Below are positions 52,001 to 63,400 of a DNA stretch of 64,000 nt, piece after piece. The stretch is taken from positions 71,052,001-71,116,000 of the forward strand of contig OZ286459.1 of the NCBI GenBank assembly GCA_965644265.1, given 5' to 3'. The DNA is from Glycera tridactyla (Eukaryota). The stretch's first letter is position 1, and the number at the start of each line of letters is the position of its first letter. The notes beneath the pieces were generated by a model, which ran no database searches, was not told where the DNA came from, and was given only the letters and a program-made list of their open reading frames with translations. A program made the position numbers and the translations under genes.

Positions 52001-52948
52001 GAACATCCAGACATCAAACAATAAATGAGAGACACCAAAGCACATGACATACAAAATAATAAAGAAAATTTCCCATGTAAATAACATCTTCCCATACTTT
52101 TCATCTTCAGTGCAACCTGTTTGTCCCAATAGTCATTTTGCTTGTATACATTAAAGCAAAATGAGGAAAGAAAGACGTCCCCTAAAATAAAATTACTAGA
52201 ACTATGGATACTGCAGTACAACAGATGTGTCAAACTGAATGGGATACTACCCAAATAAAAGAACTAATGTGATTTCAAGCTTGAAAACAGACCTTAATTA
52301 CATGCACAAGCTGGTAGGATGGTATGTAAGCAAATTACATTCATAATGTTGGGCATGTATAGACAGGGGACAATTACCGACATATGACATTGCTGGCCTC
52401 AAGAATTACCTCATAGTAAAACAACATTTGTGCATCTCCTACTCAAATTTTGATGGCGAAATTGAATATTTCCACAAACAAATGTTGCCACCTTTTGCAT
52501 TTCAGGTTTTTAAACGAGCATTACTGCCAAAGTTTCTCTAGAGATGATCCATGACAATGAAAATTCCAGAAAGGATGCTTTCAATTCCCAGAAGTTGAAT
52601 GATATGGTAAATTCAGCTGACAAAATTAAGGGTAAATCAATCACCGGCTGCATATAATGATTGAGGTTTCAGGCCAATGTTGGACAATATCGAAGAAATA
52701 AATATAACAAGCTCATGTAAATAAATGGAAAGCATTTACAGCCCCCACCCCCCACCCGTGAACCCCATATATACACTCACCAAAAACCTTAGCCTGGAAC
52801 CTCAATGCCAAACAACACTGAAGATGAAATAGATGAGAATGATGTCTACTCACATGTTGAGAACTTACCGGCATTGTCTGACTGCCATGTAAAGCATTGA
52901 TAGCGGCTTGAGCTTCTGAGTGCGAACCAAATTTGACGAATGCACAAC
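6068..52948 (-). CDS. CELF3-6: CELF3-6 / Bruno-3-type RNA-binding protein gene, partial (end of RRM2 through the divergent linker); extends beyond both window edges
   Basis: Six GT-AG exons splice in frame to (G)[26 protein letters not shown]|[48 protein letters not shown]|[29 protein letters not shown]...|...[17 protein letters not shown]|[22 protein letters not shown]|[30 protein letters not shown]. This matches the CELF4/bru-3 sequence and exon layout as I recall them. Confidence 0.97.
7046..7197. repeat. Minisatellite, 4 x 38 bp
   Basis: Unit gagaaatatgaa[c/t]gtttatatcataagctctc[a/g]gagat at 7046, 7084, 7122 and 7160. Confidence 0.97.
7747..8050. repeat. Compound trinucleotide low-complexity tract (GAT)n/(AGT)n/(GGT)n
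   Basis: Visible directly; accounts for the poly-T/V/S ORFs in the track. Confidence 0.95.
10663..10728 (-). CDS. CELF3-6: CELF exon, 66 nt, [22 protein letters not shown] (alternative donors possible at 10657 and 10630)
   Basis: Acceptor ctctgcctcttgcag, donor CCG|gtatag, phase 1-1; matches CELF4 AQ....DPLQQAYAGVQQYA. Confidence 0.93.
13237..13324. repeat. Minisatellite, ~4.5 x 19 bp (cacagtggttcactacaat)
   Basis: Visible directly with 1-2 substitutions per unit. Confidence 0.9.
18301..18432. repeat. Three diverged ~44-bp tandem units, each containing ACTAAC on the minus strand
   Basis: Units start at 18301, 18346 and 18390; gttagt at 18323, 18367 and 18410. Confidence 0.85.
18602..18619 (-). 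CDS. CELF3-6: Candidate 18-nt microexon ((A)IGLIS)
   Basis: cttactaaa branch-like motif, ttcattctgccttttcacag acceptor, CAG|gtaaat donor; phase 1-1 matches both flanking exons. Confidence 0.6.
18828..18950 (-). CDS. CELF3-6: CELF exon, 123 or 120 nt (NAGNAG), [A][40 protein letters not shown]
   Basis: Acceptor tgtattttaccagcag, donor CCG|gtaagt, phase 1-1; NGQ..AE.YANG...YP motif as in CELF4. Confidence 0.93.
19220..19292. repeat. Imperfect (GT)n microsatellite
   Basis: Visible directly. Confidence 0.95.
20529..20682 (-). CDS. CELF3-6: CELF exon, 154 nt, [51 protein letters not shown](G/A)
   Basis: Acceptor ttctctgctcgttttcag, donor CAG|gtaaga, phase 0 to 1; matches the [14 protein letters not shown]...GxYxNPMAA motif. 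Confidence 0.95.
21031..21252. mobile_element. TIR-bounded non-autonomous DNA element (222 bp)
   Basis: Termini cagggctctacattaa / ttagtgtagagccctg; repeated internal acctgccc motifs; no clean TSD. Confidence 0.7.
22293..22467. mobile_element. MITE family A (CAGTG termini; Tc1/mariner-pogo-like), 175 bp
   Basis: Imperfect TIRs cagtgaaccctgcgacgag / ctcgttgctggtttcactg; homologous to the outer element at 34079. Confidence 0.75.
23753..23835. repeat. (GA)n microsatellite
   Basis: Visible directly. Confidence 0.97.
25431..25522. repeat. (AGA)n/(GGA)n purine tract
   Basis: Visible directly; accounts for the poly-R/L/S ORFs. Confidence 0.95.
27619..27690 (-). CDS. CELF3-6: Candidate 72-nt cassette exon ([24 protein letters not shown])
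   Basis: Acceptor tttttctgatttttgcag (tandem CAGCAG), donor GAG|gtacgt, phase 0-0; peptide resembles the start of the next exon. Confidence 0.78.
34079..34316. mobile_element. MITE family A copy (internally deleted) carrying a nested family B MITE
   Basis: TA|cagtgaaac ... ggtctctcgtcgcaggttacactg|TA; shares gtcaaata..tacct and the right end with the 22293 copy. Confidence 0.8.
34109..34252. mobile_element. MITE family B copy nested in family A, flanked by TA on both sides
   Basis: ta|cagtaaaacctgctatagtg ... gacaggtttaatg|ta; aligns to the reverse complement of 35823-35998 with one internal deletion. Confidence 0.85.
35823..35998. mobile_element. MITE family B, apparently full length (176 bp), TA-flanked
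   Basis: TA|cagtaaaacctg ... cagggtttactg|TA with internal caggatttcact repeats. Confidence 0.88.
38426..38452 (-). CDS. CELF3-6: Candidate 27-nt microexon 2 (IGASDPYTQ)
   Basis: Acceptor cctgccccctacttccag, donor CAG|gtaatt, phase 0-0; 6/9 aa identical to microexon 1 with five synonymous third-position changes. Confidence 0.8.
40285..40311 (-). CDS. CELF3-6: Candidate 27-nt microexon 1 (VGASDAYAQ)
   Basis: Acceptor atttcattttactttgcag, donor CAG|gtaagc, phase 0-0, no stop; 21/27 nt identical to the last 27 nt of the 144-nt exon. Confidence 0.8.
40731..40874 (-). CDS. CELF3-6: CELF exon, 144 nt, [48 protein letters not shown]
   Basis: Acceptor tctgaatgcag, donor CAG|gtaaat, phase 0-0; diagnostic [13 protein letters not shown] motif. 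Confidence 0.98.
43380..43620. mobile_element. Possible SINE/LINE 3' remnant
   Basis: GC-richer island ending in an atg/aatg-like tail on the minus strand; family not identified. Confidence 0.25.
45540..45862. repeat. Three degenerate tandem units (~115-145 bp), probably internal repeats of a transposon remnant
   Basis: Repeated acac[c/a]aagtttg...tcatgaagt...tgtcc[a/g]g[a/g]aac blocks and tgaccttgaaatt motifs. Confidence 0.65.
46019..46094. repeat. Perfect (CA)38 microsatellite, reading (UG)38 in the CELF pre-mRNA
   Basis: Visible directly. Confidence 0.97.
46480..46762. mobile_element. Helentron/DINE-1-like non-autonomous element, 3' portion
   Basis: (GACA/GACG)n at 46659-46710 followed by a terminal hairpin tatgtctccccc...ggggagacata (46723-46760); left boundary approximate. 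Confidence 0.5.
52869..52948 (-). CDS. CELF3-6: CELF exon, 80 nt, RRM2 RNP1 region (G)[26 protein letters not shown]
   Basis: Acceptor tttttgtctggttgcag, donor CCG|gtaagt, phase 1 to 0; near-identical to CELF4 RRM2. Confidence 0.98.
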
Positions 52949-55900
52949 CTGCAACCAGACAAAAAGACAAAGATCATTGAGTGGAAAATTGGGAGACAGT
53001 GAAACAAAGAGAAGGCATGGAACCAACGATAACATATGGTGGGTGACAGAAATGGTGATAGCGGAATCGGCAGCGGCAGCAGCAGTGGTGATGGTGTTGG
53101 TGATAATGGAGCTGGACCAGCAATGTCAGTGGCAATGTTCAACAAAGACACCAACAATGATTATGATGGCAATGATAATGGTCTCTTCACCTCCATGGAC
53201 AGAGGCTCTTCTTGTGAAAATGGTAGAAAGGCTGAATACTGATATATTCAAACCTAGCCATCTTCATCTCTGCACACTATGGCTGCCAGCACTGCTGCCA
53301 AACAGAATTGACAACCAATACAGCAGAAGTAACAACAGCACCATAACCAGCTGTATAATGGAGCTGGAAATATGATAATTGGCTGGACATATTCGCTGCC
53401 AGCATATTATACTGGGTTAGCAACCACTACAAAAGAGCATTCCAATGACTGAGGCTAACTGGAGGATCAATTTCAATTGACTGACGCTGTCATTAGCATG
53501 AAGTAATGGAGGCTAGCGAACACCATGACTATCAAGTGAGCAAAATGCCAAGCAACACAGAAGCTGCACCTGCTTGATCATTGGCTTGTTAAGCGAGTTT
53601 CCATGTCGATATAATCATTAGTGAGGGTTTGCTGTCCATCTAATTGAACAAAGCTGAGGAAGTTATTGATGAATGGTCAGCTAAGCTAGGCAGGTATTGA
53701 TGGCAGCTCACCAGCCTCTTAACATCCCTTGACATTCAGTAGGAAATAGGAGGGACCATTCGGCTTCTCGGGCATTTACACGATCGTTCGTAAGATTCCA
53801 TTGTCAATGACTATAGCACTGACTACGGATACATAACCACTCCTTCTCTCAACATCTGCCTACCCTCAACCGAGCACATTTTTGTGAGCACACACATTTC
53901 CAGATGGGTTACAAGCTGCATTTTAAAAGAATGCTGGTTGGGATATCTCAATATTTTACATAAATGTGTCCATGTCTCTCCATCCTGCGACAAGTACATT
54001 GCAGCTGAGCCTTCCTCCAGTGAATAAAATGGACAATTGTGGATGCTCACATAAAATAACAGGTGGAAAAATAGGATGTATGTGACAGGGGGTTTTTTCA
54101 AACAGGGAGAAGATTTGAGCTCGTGCTTTTTACAGGGATGTAAATCAGGTTAGCTTCTGCCAGGCATTGGCATTCTCCAGCCCTACAAAGACAGGGATAT
54201 CATGTTGACGACAATAAATTTGGAACCAGATCCCTCCTGCTCTGTTTTGAATGATGCAAGTATCACACTAGTCATTTGGCTTCCTTGAGAGGGAAGTAGC
54301 AAAACCTGTACTGATGAAAAAAACATCTGACTGATGGCTGGGAGGATTGTGTCTGTTCTGTGGAAGGGATTATGGAGGTATAATCTCTGGAGTTTCCTTT
54401 TCCATCAGACTAAGCTCTAATACATCAATCACACCTGTCAACCTGCAAGAGGTGCCCAGCAATCGCAGACAGCAAGCATGCACTTCAACCGGGATATGCT
54501 TTCATGTGGAGAGACACATGAGTGACATATTTTACCACTGGCTGATCCAGGCACATTTCCGACTCCTGCAGAATGCAGGAAGTATCAAACGGCTAGAAAT
54601 GTGGCTACTAATCACAACTACCATTTCGGCTTGGCAGATGCAAAGTGACAGAAAAGTCAATAATCTATCCATGTTAAAATGAGAGCCAGCAATCAGTTTG
54701 TGGAACCAACTGCATATGGCCTGCCATACACTGGCAGTTTTTGGAAGGGAAGCTATTCAGCAGACAGAGGTGGAGTGTAGCAGGATGAAGCACCTCACAC
54801 AAATCTTGCAGATATTGAATTAGGTGCACCAAGGGAAGTTGCCTACTTCTTGTGCAAGCTCCATTCTGTCTGGAAACATAAGGAGTACAGGGGACAAGTT
54901 GACAGGTGCAGAGCCAAGGGATGCCTCCACTATATATTCTCGATAGAACTGGGCAGACTGAAAACAACATGTAATTTATGGTCCAGTCAGCATGTCTGCT
55001 AGCATAGCAACCCCAGAGGATTTCCCTAATTGACAGTGGGAATTGGTGCAGAATCTATCAATCATGGAAGCTAAGAAAGCTTGCCAGAGCAAAAGTGCAA
55101 ATCAGAATATATTTATTTCTCATTGCTGGCAAATTATTCACAATGATGCCTAAAGTGACAGCGCAATAAAAACCAGTCTTCCAGAGGGACAAGTCACAGC
55201 ATATGGTACAATATCATGGACTAGGCATCCTACGCAATGCTATCTTGCTATTCGGGCTCTTTCAACACCACTATATTCCCTTGATAAATATCTGTGCCAA
55301 TAAGCCATAGTCATCCATCACGCACAATGAATGACCACATGTTCCTCGCAAGCATGCGCAGACTGTGGACTGACCAATGAGAGCATACTGAATTCACCAG
55401 ATGAATATACCATATCCAAAAACAAAATGCAGCAAAGTGTGGCTGCTTGAGATATGGTCACTGAAACATGGTTTAAGACATATTTGTGTATCTCAGATCT
55501 GGCATTCTCTCCAATTGGTCGGAATGTACAAAGGTAAAGTAATGAAATGCTAGTGGCAGATTAGAGTGTATTACAGCAACTTCAATGTTTGTTGGACACA
55601 GCCTCAACTGTTGTAGTCAATATGCACAGCTGGTGGACTAAATCTGGGTTACATTGACATTCTGAATATGTGAGATAAACCAATGTATTATAGATATGAT
55701 CACCATCATTTCCAGTGATTGGAATTTTCCATGTTGTCATATATTTTGGGTGTATTCTACCATGTGTAGATTGCTGAGGTTTTCAGTGTTCATTCCCTNN
55801 NNNNNNNNNNNNNNNNNNNNNNNNNNNNNNNNNNNNNNNNNNNNNNNNNNNNNNNNNNNNNNNNNNNNNNNNNNNNNNNNNNNNNNNNNNNNNNNNNNNN

Positions 55901-58278
55901 NNNNNNNNNNNNNNNNNNNNNNNNNNNNNNNNNNNNNNNNNNNNNNNNNNNGAAGGGGAGGTCAAAATGGTTAGGCAGTTCATAACTGACACTATCTACT
56001 GAGGAGGCATGCATGTCAAACTGCCATCTACAGGCATCAGTCAAATCAATAGAGGTAGCAGATTCCAAACTAGCCACCAGATGACACTGTCCCAGTGATG
56101 ATGCAGTTTCTGACAGAATGCCCACTTCTTCATGGTTGAAGTCTCAGCCTGCATCATGAGACCATTTTTGGTAAATGACTATTTTAGTTGGAGATACATG
56201 GAGAGATGTAACACATGAATTCGGGCAGATGATGATGGTGACGTTGTGGCTGATGCCGGATTCAAGAAGCATTGTGGAAATACCACCAATGGTCGGAGAC
56301 TGAAGAGGTGGTGAGAATTTACATCAGGGTATGAGACATCCATCATGATGCCAGGCCAGACACAATGCCCACAGTGGCCCATCAAATCTTTACCCTAACA
56401 GGATCATCACAGCCATAAAATGGCCTCTCNNNNNNNNNNNNNNNNNNNNNNNNNNNNNNNNNNNNNNNNNNNNNNNNNNNNNNNNNNNNNNNNNNNNNNN
56501 NNNNNNNNNNNNNNNNNNNNNNNNNNNNNNNNNNNNNNNNNNNNNNNNNNNNNNNNNNNNNNNNNNNNNNNNNNNNNNNNNNGGTAATCATCAAAACTAT
56601 CAAATCTCTGTAGCATGATTTCCTCTCTGTGCAGTGTGTTTGCTATAACCAGTCTAAGGATGAGGTAGACCTTTACTTGCCTTTAGTGCTTTCCTATGTG
56701 TCCTATGAAAGTATCCATTTGGAAACTGTCCCCGGTCTACATTCAGTCTGGCAGTTGTAGAAATTGCTACATTCATAATAGATGTCAGTGCGTCATCCCC
56801 CAACCATCCAGCAGTACAGGATGACAGCAGAAAAAATGGCCTGATGTTAAAACATGCATACTATTCATCAATAGTGACATGTCAATACAAGCGACATCGT
56901 CTATATTTAATACCACTGCCGTGCCCAGAATTCAGCAGTAGGAATCTGTCACTACGGCCAGCAAATAATCTACTCACCATCACAGATGAAATCTCTTCCA
57001 CCACTCACTCTCAGATAAGATTTCAAAACAAGAATTTCAAACGGTGACGAACCAAAATTACACTACATGTAATTCCAATTTATGATATTACCATCAGCCC
57101 AAGTAAAAAGTACTTGCCGTAGGTTTAACATGATAATTTTGTCCTAAACATGGAGCACACATTGATGCATCTCTAGTTCAATTCCCATGCCGGGCTAATT
57201 TTGCACATAGGAGTTACAGAACAATCATGAAAAACTACCCCTCCCCCATGTGGACTAACCTATGATTGGTCATTGATGGAAACATCATGGAATACCCAAG
57301 GTTGGCAAACACTCTATTGATCCAAGCCTGGGCGTCATAGCTTGGATGCCATGAACATGGATGGATGGCGTATTTTCAATGGGATCATGGTTGAGGATTC
57401 CATGGCCTGCCCGACACGAAATCAATACAAGTACCCAATGACCCAATGAATTAGTAATGACCACTACCCAATGCCTGCGAAACTCCCTCGACATTGTTTC
57501 TGCAATGGAAGGTAACCTGAATGCTGTTCCAGTATCAGAGCTACTAACAACCTGAATAATAAAGCATTGAAATGCTTCGATCTTGATCTCGTACTATAAG
57601 AGCCAAATAAGGGTCTGCTTTTTTTCTCAATCGCCTGACCCATCATACCAAATCCAGTCATCAGAAATATATCTTTTTTTGTGTCAAAGATATACTAAAA
57701 ATCATATCTGAAAGAATTCCTAGGTACAACGATGTTCGCAAATCCTCAAAAAAATTACCAGTTTCAGTCAAATGATATCAGGTAAGTTCTGATCAAAAGA
57801 TATAGGTTTAGTATTTTTATTTGAACGTCAGTTATTCCTTCTCACAAGAACATTGTAAGCATAGTACAAACCATGCAATACATCACAAATTTCTATACAC
57901 AAGATAAGAGATTCTGAGGGGGAGAAAAGGCCATTGAATTCATCCTTTCTGAGTGGATTTTCGAGAGGAATTGAGATCGACAAAAGAGACTGAGATGAAT
58001 CGGCATTGGAACAATTATATTGAGCGAGGATCACAGAGGCAAGTACATGTATTAGCTGATAATATGGCCACTGGTGCTTGACCGCCACCCCCTTGTGCCG
58101 GTTTAGGCAATCGCATCTCTCCTTATCTGACAGCTCACAAGTTATATGATTGGCCAATGATGGAGCGATGACATTAGATTGTATAGTTATCAATTACATC
58201 TCCGACAATCGGTTATACAATATACGAGCGCCATCTTAGATTTGTCCACCTCAGAATCATTCAATCACTTGTGGATGT

Positions 58279-60405
58279 TTGAAGTTGAAGTTGAAGTTGA
58301 AAAACGTTTATTTTCTTTCACGGAAAAATAACATTCATATACATAAAATAAACAGTACATGATTTTCGATGTATCCGTGAATGAGTCACCATGTAAATTC
58401 TATAGATAGTGAATCACTCAAGGTAAAATACAGTCATGGAGCCAGACTTGACACTTTCACTCATAAATTGTGTTCGTTATGGATATTGGTTGTCAGAGCC
58501 GACCATAAAAAGCGTGACCGCTGTAGAATTGCTGCTATTTTTCGTTAAGTTGAGACATGTGTCTTGTTTAAAAACATATTCTGGTTGTGTGTCAACTCTG
58601 CCACCATAGTGTAACATCTGCGATAAATAATGCACATTTAACTTCCCAATAAACTTTTCTCAACGTATTTCCCGGGATCATCTTGTGGTAATCCATGTTC
58701 TGACATGTTCTGTGAAAGCATTTCTTGATAGATTCTTGAGCTTTTTCAGTTCAGTGGGTAGTTTGTTCCATACAAGTGGACCAACATAGGAGAATGCTTG
58801 TTGCCCATGTACTGATTTCATTAGAGGTAATTCATAGTTCCCCTCCAATGCCCCTCTTGTCCCATGATCATGGTAGTCTGAGAGTGGTTTCAGAACTTCC
58901 TTAATGTACACAGGTACTTCATCTTTTGAACATTTTTGCATCATTAAGATGAGGTGTAGTTCTCCTGCCTCTGACAATCTCAATATACCTGTACTACTAT
59001 GCAGAAAATCTGTATCAGTCCATCTGTTTCTCAACAAAATGGTTCTCAGGGCTTTGTTCTGCAAAACCTGTAACTGATATGCGTCCTTGACTGACAATGA
59101 GTGAAAAACTGTGTCACAATAATATAACAGAGGCAACACAAGGGCACAATATAAATTCTGAGCTGCTTTTGATGTGATAAACTCTCGTGCTCTCGCTAGC
59201 ATATAGATTCTTACGCTAGCCTTCTTGCAGACATATTCCACATGTTTATCAAAGGACATATACGGGTCTAGGATGACTCCTAGATACTTAAACTGTTCGA
59301 CAACCTCCACAATCTCGTTGTTTATCCTGATATCTGGAAAAACTCGATTTGATAGCATAGCTCGGGTCCCAAAAATCATGATTTTTGTCTTCTTAACATT
59401 CAGGTATAGTTTATTTGTGTTCAGCCATCTCTCTACTTGGAGTAAGTCATCCTGGAGGTCATCCACGATCCGTACATGATCAGTCCCACTATGATGTATT
59501 GCTGTGTCGTCCGCATAGAGCGTGCATTTACATCTTGTGAGTGCATTGCTGATATCATTAATATAAATGATGAATAGTAGAGGGCCTAATGTCGAGCCCT
59601 GGGGGACACCACAGGTGACTTCTTTGGGTTCAGAGATATGTCCATTTATCATGGTCGTTTGTTTTCGCCCCACTAGAAAGCTTTCGAACCACCGTATTGA
59701 ATCTTCGGAAACTCCATATCTGATCAGTTTGGAAAGCAGTCTAGAGTGGTTGACCGTTTCAAAAGCCTTTTTAAAGTCTAAAAACGCAACCACTGTTAGT
59801 TTCTCATTTTCAGAATTATTTATTATGCTGTTTGTTACTTGTAGGAGGGCAGTTTCAGTTGAATATCCCGATCGAAATCCCGATTGACAAGAATTGAGAA
59901 GATCATTTTTATTGAAATACTTGTAGAGTTGTGTATGCACTGATTTCTCAATCATTTTTGAAACCCAGGGCAGAATAGAGATCGGGCGGTAGTTTGATGG
60001 GTCTGAACGGTCTCCATCTTTATATATTGGAGTCACCTGTGATGTCTTCCACCTGACTGGGAAAGTGTGACTTTCAAAGGACTTTCTAACAATAATATCT
60101 AACACTGGAGCTATAATATCAGCTGCGTCTTTCAAAAAACGGGCATATATCCCCGGAAAACCTGTGGACTTTGCAATTGGCAGCTTTTTCAGAAAATCAC
60201 AGATCTCAGATTGTGTTGGGGGTTCTACGTCAAACGGTTCAATTGGCTTTGGAATTTCAGGCTCTTGTGGTAGTAGTGGGCCAGTGATCTGGCTGCTTAA
60301 CGAGTCTCCCACCTTAACTGAGAAAGAGTTGAAAGTATTAGCCATTTCTGAGCTTTCAGTAGAGTTTCTATCATTGGTCTGCACAATAACATCATTTTGT
60401 ATCCT
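58279..60405 (-). mobile_element. 5'-truncated non-LTR retrotransposon (CR1/L2 group) with 3' UTR, AATAAA and a (TTCAAC)n tail
   Basis: RT ORF followed by a ~365-nt UTR, AATAAA at 58312-58307 and ~3.5 copies of ttgaag on + at 58279-58300. No endonuclease domain seen; the 5' boundary is approximate (in-frame stop just upstream). Confidence 0.92.
58678..60384 (-). CDS. LINE ORF2 remnant: reverse transcriptase and C-terminal region, 568 aa uninterrupted
   Basis: Motifs PIYKDGDRSDPSNYRPISIL, QSGFRSGYSTETAL, FLDFKKAFETVNH, GVPQGSTLGPLLFIIYIND, LYADDT, LNVKKTK, YLGVILD. Confidence 0.95.
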   Translation of the reverse strand: MQTNDRNSTESSEMANTFNSFSVKVGDSLSSQITGPLLPQEPEIPKPIEPFDVEPPTQSEICDFLKKLPIAKSTGFPGIYARFLKDAADIIAPVLDIIVRKSFESHTFPVRWKTSQVTPIYKDGDRSDPSNYRPISILPWVSKMIEKSVHTQLYKYFNKNDLLNSCQSGFRSGYSTETALLQVTNSIINNSENEKLTVVAFLDFKKAFETVNHSRLLSKLIRYGVSEDSIRWFESFLVGRKQTTMINGHISEPKEVTCGVPQGSTLGPLLFIIYINDISNALTRCKCTLYADDTAIHHSGTDHVRIVDDLQDDLLQVERWLNTNKLYLNVKKTKIMIFGTRAMLSNRVFPDIRINNEIVEVVEQFKYLGVILDPYMSFDKHVEYVCKKASVRIYMLARAREFITSKAAQNLYCALVLPLLYYCDTVFHSLSVKDAYQLQVLQNKALRTILLRNRWTDTDFLHSSTGILRLSEAGELHLILMMQKCSKDEVPVYIKEVLKPLSDYHDHGTRGALEGNYELPLMKSVHGQQAFSYVGPLVWNKLPTELKKLKNLSRNAFTEHVRTWITTR

Positions 60406-63400
60406 TCAAATCAAATATTGGTATTATGTGCAGAATCATAAAGTGAGTCACAAAATTGCCTTATGTGCTAAAGCATGGATGAGACCTACAAAATCCTACA
60501 ATCAGACTCTGCATGCTTATCTCCCTTTCATGATCAGTACAAGAACCTATTTCTTTCCGAAGGACACAAAATTAAACTCTTGAAATCAATAGAATGTATT
60601 CAAGTACTTATTTGCCGTAAATATATTTTTGCTTCAAAAAAGTCAATACATCAAGCAAACATGATTGTGAACAGATGAATGTAGTCCACCGTGCCAGAAA
60701 TCGGCGCCTACTGGACCTCTAAAAAAATAATTAATCAGGCTTATGCGTTTTTTTCTGGCCAGCTGAGTAGATCAGCATAAGACACACACTGAGGCGTATA
60801 GGTATAATCCGACAGCAAACCTCCATGGCTGAAGCCTGTCACTGCAAGCCCAAGATAAATCTCCAGTTGGCTGATATCACTATCACTTTCTTCACAAGCA
60901 CATACACCACTGCCAGCCAAAATCCATGACAAATGAATGTATTCTCCTCTCCTTGCTTATTCCTGGTTACAATCTGTCAACTCATCTTGAGCAGCTTGAC
61001 TCGAAGGATAATCTGTCATGATCCAACTATTTTTTTTTTACACCATACATAAAAATGAATATGGTGACTTTATCGTGGCAATTCCTTATGGCTTCGGCTC
61101 CATTTTGCTATATACATGTACTGAATCAATATTACTTCAATTGTTGTTGTAGGTATCAACACAAGCTTTGATTCATTAGGAAGATGAAATCCTGAGGCAA
61201 GTTGGATCACCTGCTTTCGAAGGACCAGATATATAGGCAAGTGGGATTATAAATCTTTGACAAATCTGGTAGGGATAAATATGGAAAAAAAACATAGACG
61301 TGTCTGAGATTTAAACCATAAAACTTTTGATCACACAGGGAAAGTGGATTTGACGAAGGCGAGTGCATACTGCAGGATCTTATTCAGCTTTTGTTATTGA
61401 AATCCAAGAGAAGCATGTTGAACAATGACCTGGCCCATAAATCCCAAGGTCATGGTTGGGTAACCCCTAATGCTAACCAGGAAAGACCATCGCATGACAG
61501 CGGCCAGACAAGACATGGTGTTGTGATTGCTTCAAGAAAAGAAACAAGTCCACCGAGATGGTCACCATGCAGAATCTTAATAACCTCCGTCAGGCTAAGA
61601 TACAATAAAACCCAAACTAGTCTCGCCGATGATAGCGGTGGCAGAGCACCTTACAGGAAGCCACATCGCTGATGCCCGACTCGTGACATGATCAGACCAG
61701 CAGAAAAATCACTGGTCACAATCCTCGGCATCATCTGAGTGGATACGCATCAGGAATGTCATCATGGCATAGATGGCCTATGATGATAGATGGAGTGATG
61801 GTCAAACTACCATATCCTCCCCGAAAAAAAAACATCAAAATGATTTAAAAGTGAACTTCAACTCCCCGGAAATACATCGCTGACAAAGTTCCTGCGAACC
61901 CTCATATGACAACATCCATATTCAAACTCTATCTCTTGCTGCGATTCTGCAAATCATAACCGGCTTGTTACTTATTTTGTGTACTTGGACAGAAAAATTC
62001 TGTGCACAATGTTTGGTACAGTCTTGCTAACGAGAGAGCATATGCCATTTCTCCATGGATGTAACAACAGATTGAAATGCATCAAGGCAAAGTAGCGGCA
62101 GTGAGGTTGAAAATCAGATGGGCGGGAAGCCGTAATAGAATATGAGGCTCTGGCAAGGCGATAATGCCATTATGGAGATACAACAAGCTGGTGGCTGAGG
62201 GCCAGGTGCATGTACATTATATAGTGGCATTCAACGGTGACTAGGGGGCAGGCTGGTTCCCCGCAACCGGTTGCAAGCCTTGAATAATGTAACGACCTGT
62301 CTGGTACACCATGAACAATGCCAGATATATGGTCAACTGACTCAGCAAGGCCATAATTTCAGGCGCCACTAGCCAAGTATACCTTCTAAAGCTGGCATCT
62401 CTATCCAATGAAAACATCAAGTTGCGGAGAATGGTGGAAAAAAGATGGACACTGGCATTTGATTTAAAATCGCCTACATCCGTTAACACTTCTCTAGAAC
62501 CACACACGTCAACCACGAGTTTCTGCTGCGGGCGGCTTCAATTTTCCGAGCTGCATCCCATCCAAAGTTTCCAGCTTCCTCCCTTACTTGGGGCTACTTC
62601 AATCTAGAATGAATCAGGGAAGTCCAATCCACAACGCTTTGACCAACAACGGAGCACATTTAATCAATTGGAAACTGCAAACTGGGACTTTGATTGAATT
62701 TCTGTGTGAGCGGCGCTTAGATGGGCGGGGTTAATGTACATGTCATTATCTCAAATCAGACCTCCGATTCCAAACTGATCCAATTCACTGACTACCACAG
62801 AGCGGTAATGCCAACATTATGGCTGCCGCTGGCAAAGGTAAAAGGCATCGTAGATTGAGGTTGCCAAGTGGAATGCAAGTACAATTTCACTCACACAATC
62901 CCCTCACACACACACACACATGCACACACAATATGTGGAAATAACTAATGAAAACCTATCAACCTGATCTGCCCTTTTCACCCAGCATTTCATGAGCAGG
63001 ACCTCTACATCATAAGATTTATCGCAGCCTATTCACCCGAAATATATTTCATCGATAAAATTCTGACATCAGTGGAGAGACAGCTTCAATATCAATCCTG
63101 AAGAAATTTTTGTTTGATGACCAATATACAAATTTCTGACCACTTCGCCATTCATTCTTTGAANNNNNNNNNNNNNNNNNNNNNNNNNNNNNNNNNNNNN
63201 NNNNNNNNNNNNNNNNNNNNNNNNNNNNNNNNNNNNNNNNNNNNNNNNNNNNNNNNNNNNNNNNNNNNNNNNNNNNNNNNNNNNNNNNNNNNNNNNNNNN
63301 NNNNNNNNNNNNNNNNNNNNNNNNNNNNNNNNNNNNAGAGGGGCAAGAATGAGACGGAGAAATAGGGAGAAAGATACAAGAAGAGAGAATAAAACCGAGT

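Larger units (their letters stand above)
5404..63336. other. Six assembly gaps: 5404-5546, 43886-44034, 46175-46311, 55799-55951, 56430-56582, 63164-63336
   Basis: Runs of N (137-173 nt); small exons could be hidden in them. Confidence 0.99.

Noticed and set aside
52920-53375. 151-aa plus-strand ORF
   Set aside because: Low-complexity GGT/GAT/GCA sequence antisense to a CELF exon; no recognisable domain.
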